60,769 bases of DNA, filler included, from Hausera hauseri (GCA_046269625.1; 10 parts of 10 records of this genome joined end to end with filler, not necessarily neighbours in it), one strand, 5' to 3'; counted from the whole stretch's first letter, positions 12,765-25,464 are shown. Program-made: numbers and translations. The notes: generated from the letters alone by a model not told the origin.

Positions 12765-15700
12765 TTCGTTTCCTTTATTCGGAGAGATATTTCGTATCAC
12801 GTCTTCTAAGTTATTAGTTCCTTTTATCTTGTCCTCTTTTTCAAATAATTTAGTCCATTTTATTTCTTTGGGTACCCTTTTCGCTGCTTTTCTAGCTAAC
12901 AGGATTGTCTTGACAAATTCATTTTCCCGGAGTGGGTTAGTTCTTACTGCTAAATATATCAAGACTTTCCTTAATTCTTCCATCGTATTGTCTGTCATAA
13001 TTCTGTCGATTACCATTTCGTCAGAGAAGGTACTTTTCGATAATTTAAATCGTGGAGTCTTCATTGTCCGGGCTATATTATATATTAACCTTTCCTTCTC
13101 GGATAATATGTCGCCTTGAAGTCCAGTGAAATTGACTATCCTAATTAAATCTTTTATTAGCTCAATTAGTTCTTCGTTATCTAAACTCGCGGTCGGTACT
13201 GATAGTTGTCTCAACTCCTTAATTAGGTCTGCATTATAATCAATTTCTTTTAATTTTCTCGGTCTTCCGACCGGTTGTTTCGGTTTCATCGGAGGTAAGG
13301 TTTCACTTAGAGGAACTAAATTTTTATCGTATTGCGGATTGCAGTTATCAGTCTGTAGATATTCGAAACACATTGCGGAGTCTTGAATCCCCATAATTTT
13401 TCCACATAATGCTCTGTATGTGCCTTTCTCATGGCTTCATTTTTGGTTTGCTCACTAACTATTATTGCTATTATTCGATTTTCTTCTAGCGGTATAATCC
13501 CTACGTCTACTAAGGATTCTGGCTCGTCTAATATCCTACTCCTGAAACAGAGTCGGTAATTGACCCCTTCTCTACCCTCCTTATCCATTATTCGTTGTTT
13601 TGTATCCGCAACGGTGGTGCAGGTAGTGCATGTAAATTCTTCATCGTCCATTCCTTCAGATGGTACCTTTACTTTAATCTCCGCTTCTGCTTTGTTTTTC
13701 AATATTTTAGAGTATTCTCTTATCAGAAGCTTGGGTACTGCGCTGTATGCGGTGTTTTCACTGAACAGCTTGGTCAAAGTTGAAACCAATTTCCTTAATC
13801 TATATTCATTTATGTTTATTTTCAACACACTGCTCAATTCCCTTTCGGCTATTGTGGAATCAAGTATCATTTGTACGTCAAATTGTGTTTTCTGGCTACC
13901 AATAGGTAACTCATAAATTTGTATTGTAGTTCTCTGACTCTGCTCAGTCAAACCTTGGAGATATTCATCCCACTCGGTATTATTATCTGCGTCAGGTAAC
14001 TCGTAGTTCACTAATGCCGCGTGTCCAACCGGGACTCTTTCGCGTAATTCTCTTAACTGTGGTTGAAAGGTTTTCATAATGGATACCCTAAATCCATCTC
14101 CATTTCCGCACGCTTGCTGTATCAAGGTTATTAATTGGCACATTTCTTCCGGTTGTATCAGAGCTTTTTCCTGATAATTGGTCACTTCCGCAATTTTGTC
14201 TCTGCCATTTTCGTGTAAACTCCGTTTTGTCATTAATTTAAGATTTCATAAGGGAATACTTCATCTTATAAACTTCTGTCTTTCTCAGTAATTCGTTTAA
14301 TTCGCGTTGTATTTTCTCGGAGCGTAACCTGGTTTCTTTTACCAGACGTATCCGATTTATTAGTTTTTCGCTACTACCTCGACAATTTCTGCCATCTCTG
14401 TCAATAATAGGAATAATTTGTGCGTTTCATTTTATACTTCGGCGTCCGGATCTACTGCATCCATTAGCCTGCTTATGAACTTAGCTTCAATGCTCGTCAA
14501 CTGAGGATCATTTGTAATTTTTGTTAGTTCAGTATGGCAATGTATGTCAAAGCCTGGTGTCCATTCTGCTGGATTCTGTAAACATTGTAGTGTTTGTGCC
14601 AGATCAATCCGGTGATCATTGCATATTTCTAATGTTTCTATTTCCTGTGCTGAGATTTCTTTCAATGGTTTCTGCATTAGGTTCTGGATCCCTTCTCAAC
14701 GAATGTTCGCTAATTCTCGCTGAAAATCATTTAGTTTGTTTCTTTTTCGGTAAAATTCCTTCTCTTCTACCATACTATATATCCCTGCCAGTGTTGTTTG
14801 CTCTTAATCCTTACTCATAAATTCAAGTCCTCGGAGTGATTTAAATTTAATTCGTAACTTCGCTTCATCTTTCATCGTACCGATATCTAGTAACATTTCC
14901 TCCAATTGGTGCCTCATTATAGGTTTACTCAGAGCGAATTCTGTTAATCGTTCGTTTGTTACTTCTGCTATGGAAGGTAACAAGTCTGCCCACTTCCTTA
15001 ATTGTTTAGATATTGATGGTGTCGCGTAGATTATTTCGTCTAATGTCCTCAAAGCTTTTTTAGTTCATGATCTGGCCCTCGTACAAATTCTATAATATGT
15101 TTCATGTAGTTGAACTCTTCTTTATACTCGTCTAATTTGAGAAGACAAGAAAGTGTTATTCTCTGTACTTCTAGCTTTTCAGAGTGAATTACACTAATCC
15201 TTAAGTCGTTGATTTTGGTTCGTATTTCATTTTCCCTTTTAATGCGTATTTCCAAATCTAGATATTGTCGAGGATTATCCTTTGTCAGGCTGCACATTGC
15301 TATTAAAGAGGGAATATCAATTGGGTCTATACCCAATATTTATAGGTCAGCATTAGTCAGTTCATATACTGGCTTGTTGTGAAGACAAGGATTTATCGTG
15401 TCTTCGATCTCATGTATCAATCCTTCTAAATTACGTCTTGGGCGTTTCAGTTTTGGGTTGCCTTTTAGCGCGTTTAACAGCCCTTGCGCTTAATTAACCT
15501 GATCGAAGAACGTCTCGTTTCTATTCCTTCATACTTTCGTAAAATCAATTCCTCTCTTCGTCCACCATTTTAATTTCTTCTGCCAACATTCTATCAAGTC
15601 TTGGGATGTTTCTTGGAGTTCGCCAGTTGTGGTTTCTTCCCCTTTCGGAAAGCCGATTTTAAGCTTTTTATACAGCTTCTCTATGAATTGTTGTTCTTTT

Positions 15701-16432
15701 CCGGAAATGTCCAACTGTTTGCTCATCTGCTGGAGTTTTTGTAAGCTCTCCTGTAGCCTTTCGAGATAATACAGTACGTCTCTAATTTTGGTTAGTTCGT
15801 TAGCATTTTTCCAAGACTTTCTAATTTTCCAAATTTTATAGATTTTTCCTCTTCCGATTCCTCTTCACTAAGTGGTAACGGACATATTTCATTAATCTCA
15901 TTGATATTTGAAATATCTGTTGTTTCCAAAACGTTTTGAGTTATAACAGGAGTATTTAGCTCTGCTTCATTTCTTAAAGTGATGATGAAACCTTCCTCCT
16001 TGTCTACATACTTTTAATAGGGAATCGCGAACGAGTTCCTGACCTTCTCCTAAGAGAAGGGCTTCTACCTCTATTCTTTGTTATCTTAAGTATTATTGGT
16101 CCAATAAATTCACTCTCAACCTTGTCTGTTGTTTTATCCTTAATTTGAGACGCTAATTCGGTATCTGCGTCCAAGTCTATACTTGAACACGTAATCGGCT
16201 TTTCTTCTTCCTCCTCTTTCGTCGCTTGATTTAGATTTTTTTTCCTGGCCATGTTAGTATTCTTAGGTGCTATGACTTTTTCGTACTCCGTTTTTGGTTC
16301 TCTTAATCCATGATAAACTTCCATTTGGTGCAGCTTTTCCTCGTACTCCTTCCTAGCCTGGATTACTTGTAGATTATTAGATTCGCCCATATTTCTCAGA
16401 TACCTCCCTAAGTCCTGCATCTCAATAATCAT
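12765..16432 (-). pseudogene. ~3.6 kb accessory coding region between gag and env: helical/coiled-coil region, ubiquitin-like domain (13454-13681), AT-hook (13254-13274)
   Basis: Chain of same-strand ORFs; TVADTKQRIMDKEGREGVNYRLCFRSRILDEPESLVDVGI; PVGRPRK; 5' part conserved with 58914-60769. Confidence 0.75.
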
Positions 16433-16499
16433 ACTTATATCACCTCGTTTTCCATAAATTACTTCTAAGTTATTCTTGATTGTGCTAACTTTACTAGTT

Positions 16500-17560
16500 T
16501 CTGCAAACGATATGCTTCGTGGGTTAGAGCATGATCTAGCTATATGTTCTTTCTTACTTCATGAATAACAAATCAGATTCCCGTCTCGGCCGATCCTTTG
16601 TCGTCCGTCTTCATTTACTGGTGATTTGGGTCTGCCTATTGTTTTGTTTTGAGCTTGTTTATCGATCTCACTATTTCTATTTTCAAAACTCCGATTTTCT
16701 ATATATTGATTTTTATTGCTTCGGTCATTATTTTGATTTCTGTCCAAATCATAACCTGTTTTGCCATAAGGATTATACATATTCCGATTATCATTCCTAT
16801 TATCATATCTCGTACTGCAATTAGGGATATTTTGAGCTCTATTCTCAAAGCCTCGGTCCTTATTATTGTCGTTTAATCTTCTATTGTTTCGGTTCCTATC
16901 CCGATTATCGCAATCATTATTTAGGTCATACCTATCACTCTGTTTAGCGTATCTATCTAATGCCATTTCTAAGTTCTGAGCTAGTTGTAGTGCCGTCTTG
17001 AAATTGTCTGGTCGAGCTAAAATTAGTTGCTTAACTAAAACTCTGGTCCATATACCGTTTATTAATTGCGCTGTCATCATGACATCTAAATTCGGTAGGC
17101 TAGCCTTTTCTGCCACTTCACGTTCCACTTCTGTCTTTGCCTTCGCCGCATTAGCTATCCTTAGCGTACTCACGTAACTATTAGCAAGTTTCTTTAGTGC
17201 GAATGCGAATTGAGTAACCGACTCACTTTTTTGTTGCGTTCTATTCTGAAAGGTCATAAGCTTCTTTTGTGGCGTCACCGTTGGCAATAGTTTACGATTT
17301 AGGGCTCCTACTACAGAGGACCATGATTTCTCCTCATTGTTAGTAAGTTCACTATAGGCGTCTGCAACCAAATTTTTCAAGTATAATGACAGTCATTTAA
17401 TCATAACCTCGGGCGCAAGACTGGCTCCTTCTGCGTGTAATTTATAAGTTCTTAAAAAGTCACTTAGTCCGTCCGGGTCATTATCATATGCCGGTAGGTT
17501 CAAAAAATCGAACGTAAATATATCAAGTTTTTGAGCTACTGCTGGGTTTTCTGCTTCCAT
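16500..17560 (-). pseudogene. gag (retrotransposon gag domain, N/D/R-rich linker, degenerate CCHC knuckle)
   Basis: ATG at 17560; one in-frame TGA; RTQQKSESVTQFAFALKKL major-homology-like region; LICYS..HIARSC. Confidence 0.85.
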
Positions 17561-17920
17561 CTTTCTATCGTTCGGTTTGTCTACTTTAATTCTGGGAGGA
17601 GCTTTGAATTCTTTAACGGAGGTTAGTTCAGTGTCAGATAAACAGTGCTTATCGAATATTTTGTCTTCTATATAAAGTTTATTTCGAGTTTCTCTTTGAT
17701 TACGTTTTTCTATACCTTTTATTAATAAATTCTGATATGAGTTAACTCTATCAATATTTGCTCTCAGTTTAATTTTTACTTAATTTCCCTCTAACCACTT
17801 ATAATCCCAAGTTTAAACTCTTTACTAATAACGTATAACAATTATTTTATGTGAATGGCGCTATTCGCCTGTATGTCTTTAATTGACTCTCAAAAGTAAT
17901 GTCTAGCGAGGCACAAAATG

Positions 17921-17937
17921 TCCTGCTAGGGTCGCCA
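17921..17937 (-). promoter_or_regulatory. Primer-binding site TGGCGACCCTAGCAGGA
   Basis: Lies 2 nt after the LTR end ...GTAACA; identical PBS at 57599-57615; cognate tRNA not certain (Arg/Ser-like 3' end). Confidence 0.88.
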
Positions 17938-17939
17938 AA

Positions 17940-18719
17940 TGTTACAGTTGGGGTGGCCCTTACCGTCTCCCACTATAACAATGTTTTAACTCAATTTAAT
18001 TGCTGTATCAGCAGGTTAGGACTATTCGTTCTCGAATAGTCTGCTTGTGCCTTAAGATTTTAAGTGAGATTAAACTGTAATGCTGGTACTGCCCGCAATA
18101 ACGATGTATGTCTCAAATTATAATCTCTGGTCTTAACTATATATTTTAAGTAGATTTTGAATCCTAGGGGAGTCAAATCGTCTTTAAGAGACGATGCGAA
18201 ACTACATGAGGATTTTAGAACAGCAAAACAAATAATCACTTTTATTGTTTTTATAGAATAACAACTAACTTTAATCAATCACAAGATAGTCAATGTCCAA
18301 TAAGAATAAATTAGTTATAGCTTGAACGACTCTAAAGTCGTCAATGAACTTCTCTCTTCTGTCGTGTTATGACCTACTTACATAGCAGCAAGGTTTTCAA
18401 TACCATATTGATTTACAATTAACTGCAATTCTTTGTTTATACAACAATTACTTACAAATAAAAATTCAATTTTCTTATGTTTTAGGTTTGTATACTTTTC
18501 TTCAATAATTTATTTTGTTCAAAATTGTCAACTTCTCTAATTGAATAATATTTACAATAGTTTCGCATTAAATTTCTTGTTGGTAATTTCCTCACAATTC
18601 GAAATGTTATGTCAATTTTCTCACAACTTATTGTCCTCTTTAATTACTAAATATGTCCATCAGAATTGTTCTGAAGTGAACTGATCAAAAGAACATTTTC
18701 GGACTTATTAAGAGTAACA
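17940..18719 (-). repeat. 5' LTR (~780 bp, TG...CA)
   Basis: 3' end fixed by the PBS; 5' end inferred from TGTTAC at 18719. Confidence 0.65.
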
Positions 18720-19026
18720 TGGAGTTTAAATCTTCAACAAATTGAAAATTTGTAAATCTGTAATTTAAAAGATGATTTATTTTAATGAAATACGTATAAG
18801 TAACTCTGTGCAGTAGCTATTTATTTGTTGAATTTTAAAACTCCATTGATGTAAATAAAAATCAATTTACTAGGTTTTGATCTAAACTATTACGAAAATA
18901 AATACGTTTCACGTGAATTATGCTTATTATCGGTGGTTTCAAATTAAAAGTCGGTAGAGCATTGGAAACTATACAATTCAAGTGGTGAAAAAATTCTGAA
19001 ACATTTCGTTCAATATTATTTCAACG

Positions 19027-19824
19027 TGTCATAGACAGGGTATCGAAAGAAGAAATGTGAGAGAATGTATAGAATGTAAGTGATTGAAATAGAAAATTTA
19101 GAAAATTTATATCGATAAATTATTATAATCAGAATTGGAAATTTATACAAATTGACCTCAAATAATACTGCTCAACAATTAGCGCCTACAGTAATGGCCT
19201 GAAATTGAAATCACTCCGGAATTTACTGTCAAAATTGGAAAACAAACTAATTTAAATCAAATAAATCAAAAATAAATACAATACGAGATTCGTTCGAACA
19301 CCCACGAACCAAGAATGATATAAATACCAGTACGAAAAGTTAAGAATCGAACAGTGCTGAGATTAGTATCAAAATGAACCGAGACAAAATTGATTCAAGA
19401 CTACTGTGGCGAATTGAACTCAGTCATAGAGTCACATTCGTTGCAGTATTTTCAGACGATTATTCTGACCGAATGATTATTTCAGAGGTAGCAAACATGT
19501 GCAGTATTTTAGACTTATTGACGCTGTACGTCGGATAAGTATTCTCTTGTTCTGTTAATAAATAGTTTTCTTTTTAAATTTTCATAGTTTACACTGCCCC
19601 TTAAGAGAGGTTTGAGTAACATTAGGATTAATATCTTACTCAAAATATTTAGATAAGTCGATAATTCATTAACCTGTGCACAGGACCGCACGCAATACAC
19701 GCAAGTTAATTTTCTAGGCAATCGATTAAACGAGAACGTCAATCCCTTCCTACTATTAAATCTTTTAACAGTTTAAGTTATTGTTATAGTTCGGGTGTTG
19801 ATTAGGGTCCACCAAAACATAAAC
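19027..19824 (+). repeat. Probable solo LTR of a related family
   Basis: Shares CACGCA.TACACGCA and TGTTATAGTT.GGTGTTG..TAGGG.CCACC with the LTR at 49655-50410; borders uncertain, no clear TSD. Confidence 0.5.
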
Positions 19825-19909
19825 CCAAGTAGGTAGAACTGTAATCTCCACCGCACTCTTCTAATTGGTCCGCCAACCACTTTTCCCTACCTGATTGGCT
19901 ATTCAGATC

Positions 19910-20647
19910 AGTAGAAGGAAGGGAGCGCACTGGGCCACCCCCCCCCGAGGATTGGAAATCAATATTCAATAATCAATTTTTTAAATTTTTGAATTTTTAA
20001 ATTTTCAAATTTTTTTCAAACTGCACTATTGATTTTTCGAAAGTGGACTATTAATTTTTCGAAAGTGTGCAGCACTATTCGGTGCAAATTTCGAAAATTT
20101 TCCTAAAAATGAAAAATGTGTATTTTTGAATTCTGCATACAATGGTATTGTTCGAAAAAATTTTTCGAAAAAACTTTTTTCGAAATCGAATATCTTTACA
20201 CCGAGTTTTTGAATAATTTTGTTTGGAAAGACAAAAATGTTTAGTTAGTAGTGTAAAAATGGCGGTTCGGTCCCACACCCACCAGGGGGCGGTAATTGAT
20301 AAATCGATTTTGAACATGTACCGATCGATAGTGCACAGTGTGCCTAGCAACGGTGCCGATAGGTACCGTTGCTAAGGGCACTTTCGCACTTTTCACAAAT
20401 TTATCGCTTCACAGTGCCATATTGATCGAATCGATCTGCACTTTGTTCTAGTCGATAGCGCACATGGGTGCACATCGATTGGTGCAATTGCAAGTGTGCA
20501 AAAATCAATAATATTGGATATTTGAAAAATCAAAAACCGATAATTAGCACTCGGGACCGGGTGCAATCGATACTGCACTTGATGTTGTATGTGAATGTGC
20601 AGTTAGAATTTAAATCGATTGATTGGTTTTCGAATAATTCGCAAGTG
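19910..20647 (+). repeat. AGTAG-starting dispersed repeat, possible Polinton-like terminal region
   Basis: ~19910-20230 matches 32528-32830; ~20415-20635 matches the reverse complement of 51925-52170. Confidence 0.75.
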
Positions 20648-20747
20648 NNNNNNNNNNNNNNNNNNNNNNNNNNNNNNNNNNNNNNNNNNNNTTAATTAAT
20701 TAANNNNNNNNNNNNNNNNNNNNNNNNNNNNNNNNNNNNNNNNNNNN

Positions 20748-23700
20748 GATGTGCAAGGGAAGTGGTAAAGTGGTGGTTTGAGGTGTTTGTGGACCTTGTA
20801 TTGCTGGCATGCTGCACATCCCTTGACCCAGATCTGTACATCTGTACGCATAATTGGCCATACAACGTGGCCTGCAGTAGACGAAATGTGGCTTTGAACC
20901 CGGGTGATAAAGAGAGTGAAAATAAGTGAAAGCTGTCTTTTGTAACGATGGGGCAAGAATGATTTTCTTGTTGGTCGAGTTGAAAGTGTCATAGGCGATG
21001 CCATCAATGATTTCAACAGATTCAAACGCTTGGAGAATATCAGATGATGGCTAATAACACCTCAGGATTTCAGATGAAAAGATTGGCTAAACTGTAATTG
21101 AGTTGACCGACCGCGAAAGAAAGTCTGCTACTAGATTTTCGGTGCCTGTGATATATTTCATGGAAAAACTAAATGTCGAAAGGTATGATATTTGTCGTTC
21201 TTGTCTGAGTGATGGCTGTTTTAACGTCATTATGTGAAGTAGAGGCTTATGGTCGGTTTGGATGGTAAATTGACGTGAAAAAGCAAATGCTTGAAATGCT
21301 TCACCGCTAGAATTACAACCAAGAGTTCACGATCGAATGTTGAGTATCGGCTTTTTGGTTGCATGAGCTTTCGGGAATAGAATTCTAATGGTTCATCGAC
21401 GCCATTTGATGTAATATCGCACCAGTTGCTGTGGTTGAGGCATTGGTAATTAATATTAGTTCGGCGTTTGGTTTTGGAAAGGCCAAGATTTTCACAGTTT
21501 TTAGACTTTCACGAAGGCGATCAAATTGGTTTACTAGATCGAGAATCGAATGGATTAATTGTCTTTTCTTCTCAGATGAGAGGTGTGCGAAAAGTGCCGT
21601 TAGTTCGGAGCAGTGTGGCACATATTTATGTACGAAGTGCAATGTACCTAGAAAACTCCTCAAATCGGTAGTAGTACTTGGTAGCGTCACATTTTTTAAT
21701 TGTTGTAAGCGATCAGGCTGGAGCGAATGACCTTCGGGAGTAATTATGTGGCCTAAGAAGTTTACGCATTTCTGGAAGAAATTGCATTTGGTGAAATTAA
21801 TTTGCAGGTTACTTTGATGCAATCTGTAGAAAATAATTCTAAGATGCTCATGATGTTGTTTTATGGAGCTGGAAGCGACTAATATGTCATCTATGTATGG
21901 GTAAGAAAAATTAAGACCAGAAAGAACGGTGTCAATGTGGCGCTGGAAGGTCTGAGATGCACTACGTAGGCCGACAGGCATGAAGATGTATTCATAAAGA
22001 CCAAATGGTGTGATGAGAGCAGTTTTCGTAATGTCATTAGGGCAACAGGAATTTGATGGCAGGCTTTGTGCAGATCAATAGCAGAATAGGTATTGGTGTT
22101 GTTGAGGCTATGAAGAATATCTTTAATGAGTGGTAATGGATTGGCGTCGGTAATAGTCAGGTTGTTTAATTGACGATAGTCACCACATGGCCTATAGGTA
22201 CCATCTTTTTTACCACTGCATGAAGAGGAGAAGCCCAACGCAAATTCGATCTCCGAATGATGCCAGACCTTTCCAGTTGATTAAACTCCTGTTCCACAGC
22301 TTTACATCTGCGTGGCGACAAAGGTCTGACTTTTTGTTTGATCAGCCTCTGATGCTCTGTTACTATGTGATGATAAGTTGTGGATGGAGGCTTGAAGTTG
22401 ACGTCCCTTTTAACTGTGCGAAAGCAAGACGTTGTGACGTATGATTTAATATCGGAGTCTAGAGACAAAAATGAATGAGGCATGTCATTAGAGAGAACGG
22501 CTCCATTGATTGACGAAAAGCAACTGGCATCGCTACTGTCGACGCCTAATTTGGATTTTTGTTTTAGAATGGATTTATGATTGTCGCTCATAATTGAAAT
22601 ATTGCCGACTTTATCGAAAGTTTTTTTATAGATGACGAAGCGCTCAACATGTTAATAGGTGAGTGCAGTGAATTGCTCGCTAAGTTGTCTACGAGACACA
22701 TGTTTGGAGTCGCAATTGAGTTCCTGCTTAAAAGACAGCTGTATTTGCAACTGACTAAAAGATCATGTGCAGCCAGAAAACCTGAGCCTATTATGGGAGA
22801 TTTAATGTTAGCCACGTGGAACTTCCAGACAAACTTATCTGGCAAGTTGGCGAATGTAAAAATCAGATCCGTGGTTCCTGCAATATGCAACGGTTGACCA
22901 CTAGCAGTGAGAAGCGGTGGACAGGAAATCATAGTCGATGTAGGAACGAAGGACAACGGAAGGAGTGAAAAGGGCAGCTCCTGAATCTATAAGAAAGTCG
23001 ATATGTGAAGTATCACTTCATAACAGTGCAACTTTCAACAGAAAGACTGCAGAGGCGGTGTTGAAGCTGCCAGAAGATTGAGTGATATTGTCTGCGCCAG
23101 AATGTGCCGTAAAATCTGGCGGCATTATTAGTTTTTTTGAAGGTTTTGGAGAAAAGGAAGAAGAGAAAGAAAAGCCAGGAGATTTATCGTTGTAATGTTT
23201 ACAACCAGGCACGCTTGATATAGCCTGTGACTGGAACTTGTGGTAGACACAAATAGGGCTGTCCACAGCGTACCGTTTGCTGTAGAACCGACAACCCAAA
23301 AAGCACTTCCTAGCATTCCTTTAAAATAGCGTGTGATAGAAGCAAGTCATGCGTCCGCCAGGTGAAATGGATCGAGAAGAGTATCTGGAAATGCTTCTCT
23401 CCCATGAAGGTCTGTTTTCACTTCGTCGAGGTACATAAAGATTATTTAGTTGGGTAGTAATCGCCGAAATTGACTTCTGTAAGTCGTCAAACTGTTGCTG
23501 CATCATTTGCTATTGTTCAGTAAAAATGTGGTGTCTGTAGTTGGAGCACATCTGGTTGCAGCCGTAATAGGGAGAGAACTTTTGGTATGAAGAATCTCAA
23601 AGGATTTGTCAGCCATTATTGCCAGTTTTTCGATGGCAGTGGACTCATCTACAACGGTGAGTAAGGCTCTGATTGAGGCGGGCAAGGTCAATAAGAAATA

Positions 23701-24200
23701 ACGGCAAATTAAATCCGCGTTATTCGTAGGTGTCACTCCTAGCGCGCAAAGCTGCAGAATGGCTATTTGGAGAAAGTCGGATGGCTTTTGGTTCCTTATC
23801 GCGTGGTCATTAAAATACTTTTGTATTACGTTGTCAATCAAAGGATCCGTGACATGCAGTACAGCTTCACAGAGTGTCTCGTAAGGTGTCGAGGATTGCA
23901 GCAGCTCAAAGATATTTTTAATCTGCTGCTTGACGTTGGCAGGCAGAAGAATTAAGAGGCTATTGGCTCACATAAAAGAGTCAGTGATGTTGTTGGATTT
24001 TAGCCACTGTTGGTGAAATTGGAGCCATGGTTTGCTGGAGTTGATTTATCAAGGAAAAATTCCACACAAGGCAAATTTAACGAAACTCGACCTTGCTGGG
24101 AGTGTGACAAACGACAGATGTTGCCTGTATTCGTAAATTTATCATCCGAGCAAAATGGATTTGGGTCCGATCCATCCCGAAGGCGAAAATGGAGCATAAG
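20748..24200 (-). mobile_element. Decayed Ty3/Gypsy element, CsRn1/Kabuki-like (gag-PR-RT-RH-INT start)
   Basis: CHCC-type gag knuckles (CFYH.., CVYH..), FLIDSGA protease (~22985), WASPLHAV, YRPCGDYRQLN, YPYIDDIL, RNase H, integrase Zn finger (WVKGCAACQQYK). Confidence 0.85.
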
Positions 24201-24868
24201 ATGGATGACTGGACGTTCACGGCAGACAAAAGACAGGAGTGAGTTGACGGGATGTACAGTGATACTTCATTGTGTGAAATAGAAGTTGGCAATGTCGAAT
24301 GAGGAGGATAAAGAGATGTATAGTAGCTGCGCCGTGGCATTGAGTGGAGCATTAATGGTCGTTATGTGTTGATTGTAATTGAAGACAAGGAAGGAGAGTT
24401 GCAGCGAAGCAATTCCAGGAGAATGGTAAAATCCAAAAGGAGTTTGTGCGATTTGCTTCCGTGTTAACAAGAGATATGGGCGTGCAGCCAGGATAACGGT
24501 AGCAAGTGATGATTGGGGTAAAGGAGTATCCAAAGATATTAAGCTGAAAAACCTTTTAAAGTGAAAAATGGTGTGAGCTATGAAGGATTTGTAAATGTGC
24601 AGAACAAGTCCGCACCGGTGGGCGCAAACCAGTAAAAAGAATTTCACCCACCTATGTTTGAATATCTGAGTCCTGGATGTCGAATTTGGCCACATCTGAA
24701 GTGTTTTCCCAAGTGGATCATCCTTGTTGATCAAATGGACGCCGGTCTCGTCGACACCTCTTGAATGTTGATTTTTTTTTTGTTAAATAGATTGTTACCG
24801 AGAGGCTTTGAGAGGATATTGTAAAGAATCGTGACGAATTTGGAGCCCGCTGACTGAATCTCGCTACT

Positions 24869-25295
24869 CTAGACATGGAAAATACTGACAGTGAAGTAAC
24901 CGCCTTTCGCCATGTCCCTCTTCAACAGTGGTCGAATGATTTCATGATTCGTTTTTTTATGATCGTAATCGAGTTTTGACACGAGTGCGCAGAAATTCTT
25001 ATCGGGAATATTGTGGGCAGATATTAGTTTCCACAGAAAGCACTGCTTGATGGCACCCCAATCCAAACTGTGGGCCAGCACGTCGACAGCACTTCTGGCG
25101 TCGAACAATTCGATGTCTGTCTTTTCAATCTCGAAACCTGACAGACAAATTTTCATTGCATCGATTGACGAAATGCTCAGACGAGCAAAGGTCAGGTTTC
25201 CGATTGGTTCTGTTCGGAAAACTCGATAGAGGCCTGGCAACAGATAAACCATAAGTTTAATGTCGTCTTGATTGAGCACCTCTGAGTCTTTAAAC
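24869..25295 (-). pseudogene. INTS3: Integrator complex subunit 3 fragment
   Basis: LLPGLY..F, VLAHSLDWGAIKQCFLWKLISAHNIP, FTVSIF resemble INTS3 (SLDWETFEQYCAWQLFLAHNIP); internal deletion. Confidence 0.72.
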
Positions 25296-25464
25296 AACGA
25301 AATTTTTAGATTTAGCTTTTTTAGACTGTTGCATGTACTATTAGTATTAGGCCATTGTATACCAAAATTGTACTGTTGACGAGGTTGTTGAACTGTACCC
25401 GCACATGGTCTATTTATTTGGATAACTTCTGGACGGTCAATAATTGTGTAGAGTAAATCAGCAC

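Larger units (their letters stand above)
7970..18719 (-). mobile_element. Giant Ty3/Gypsy LTR element (>10.7 kb, 3' end cut by the contig edge): LTR-PBS-gag-accessory(Ubl, AT-hook)-env-PR-RT-RH
   Basis: All modules are collinear on the minus strand within one contig, in PR-RT-RH order; decayed by stops and frameshifts. Confidence 0.9.
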
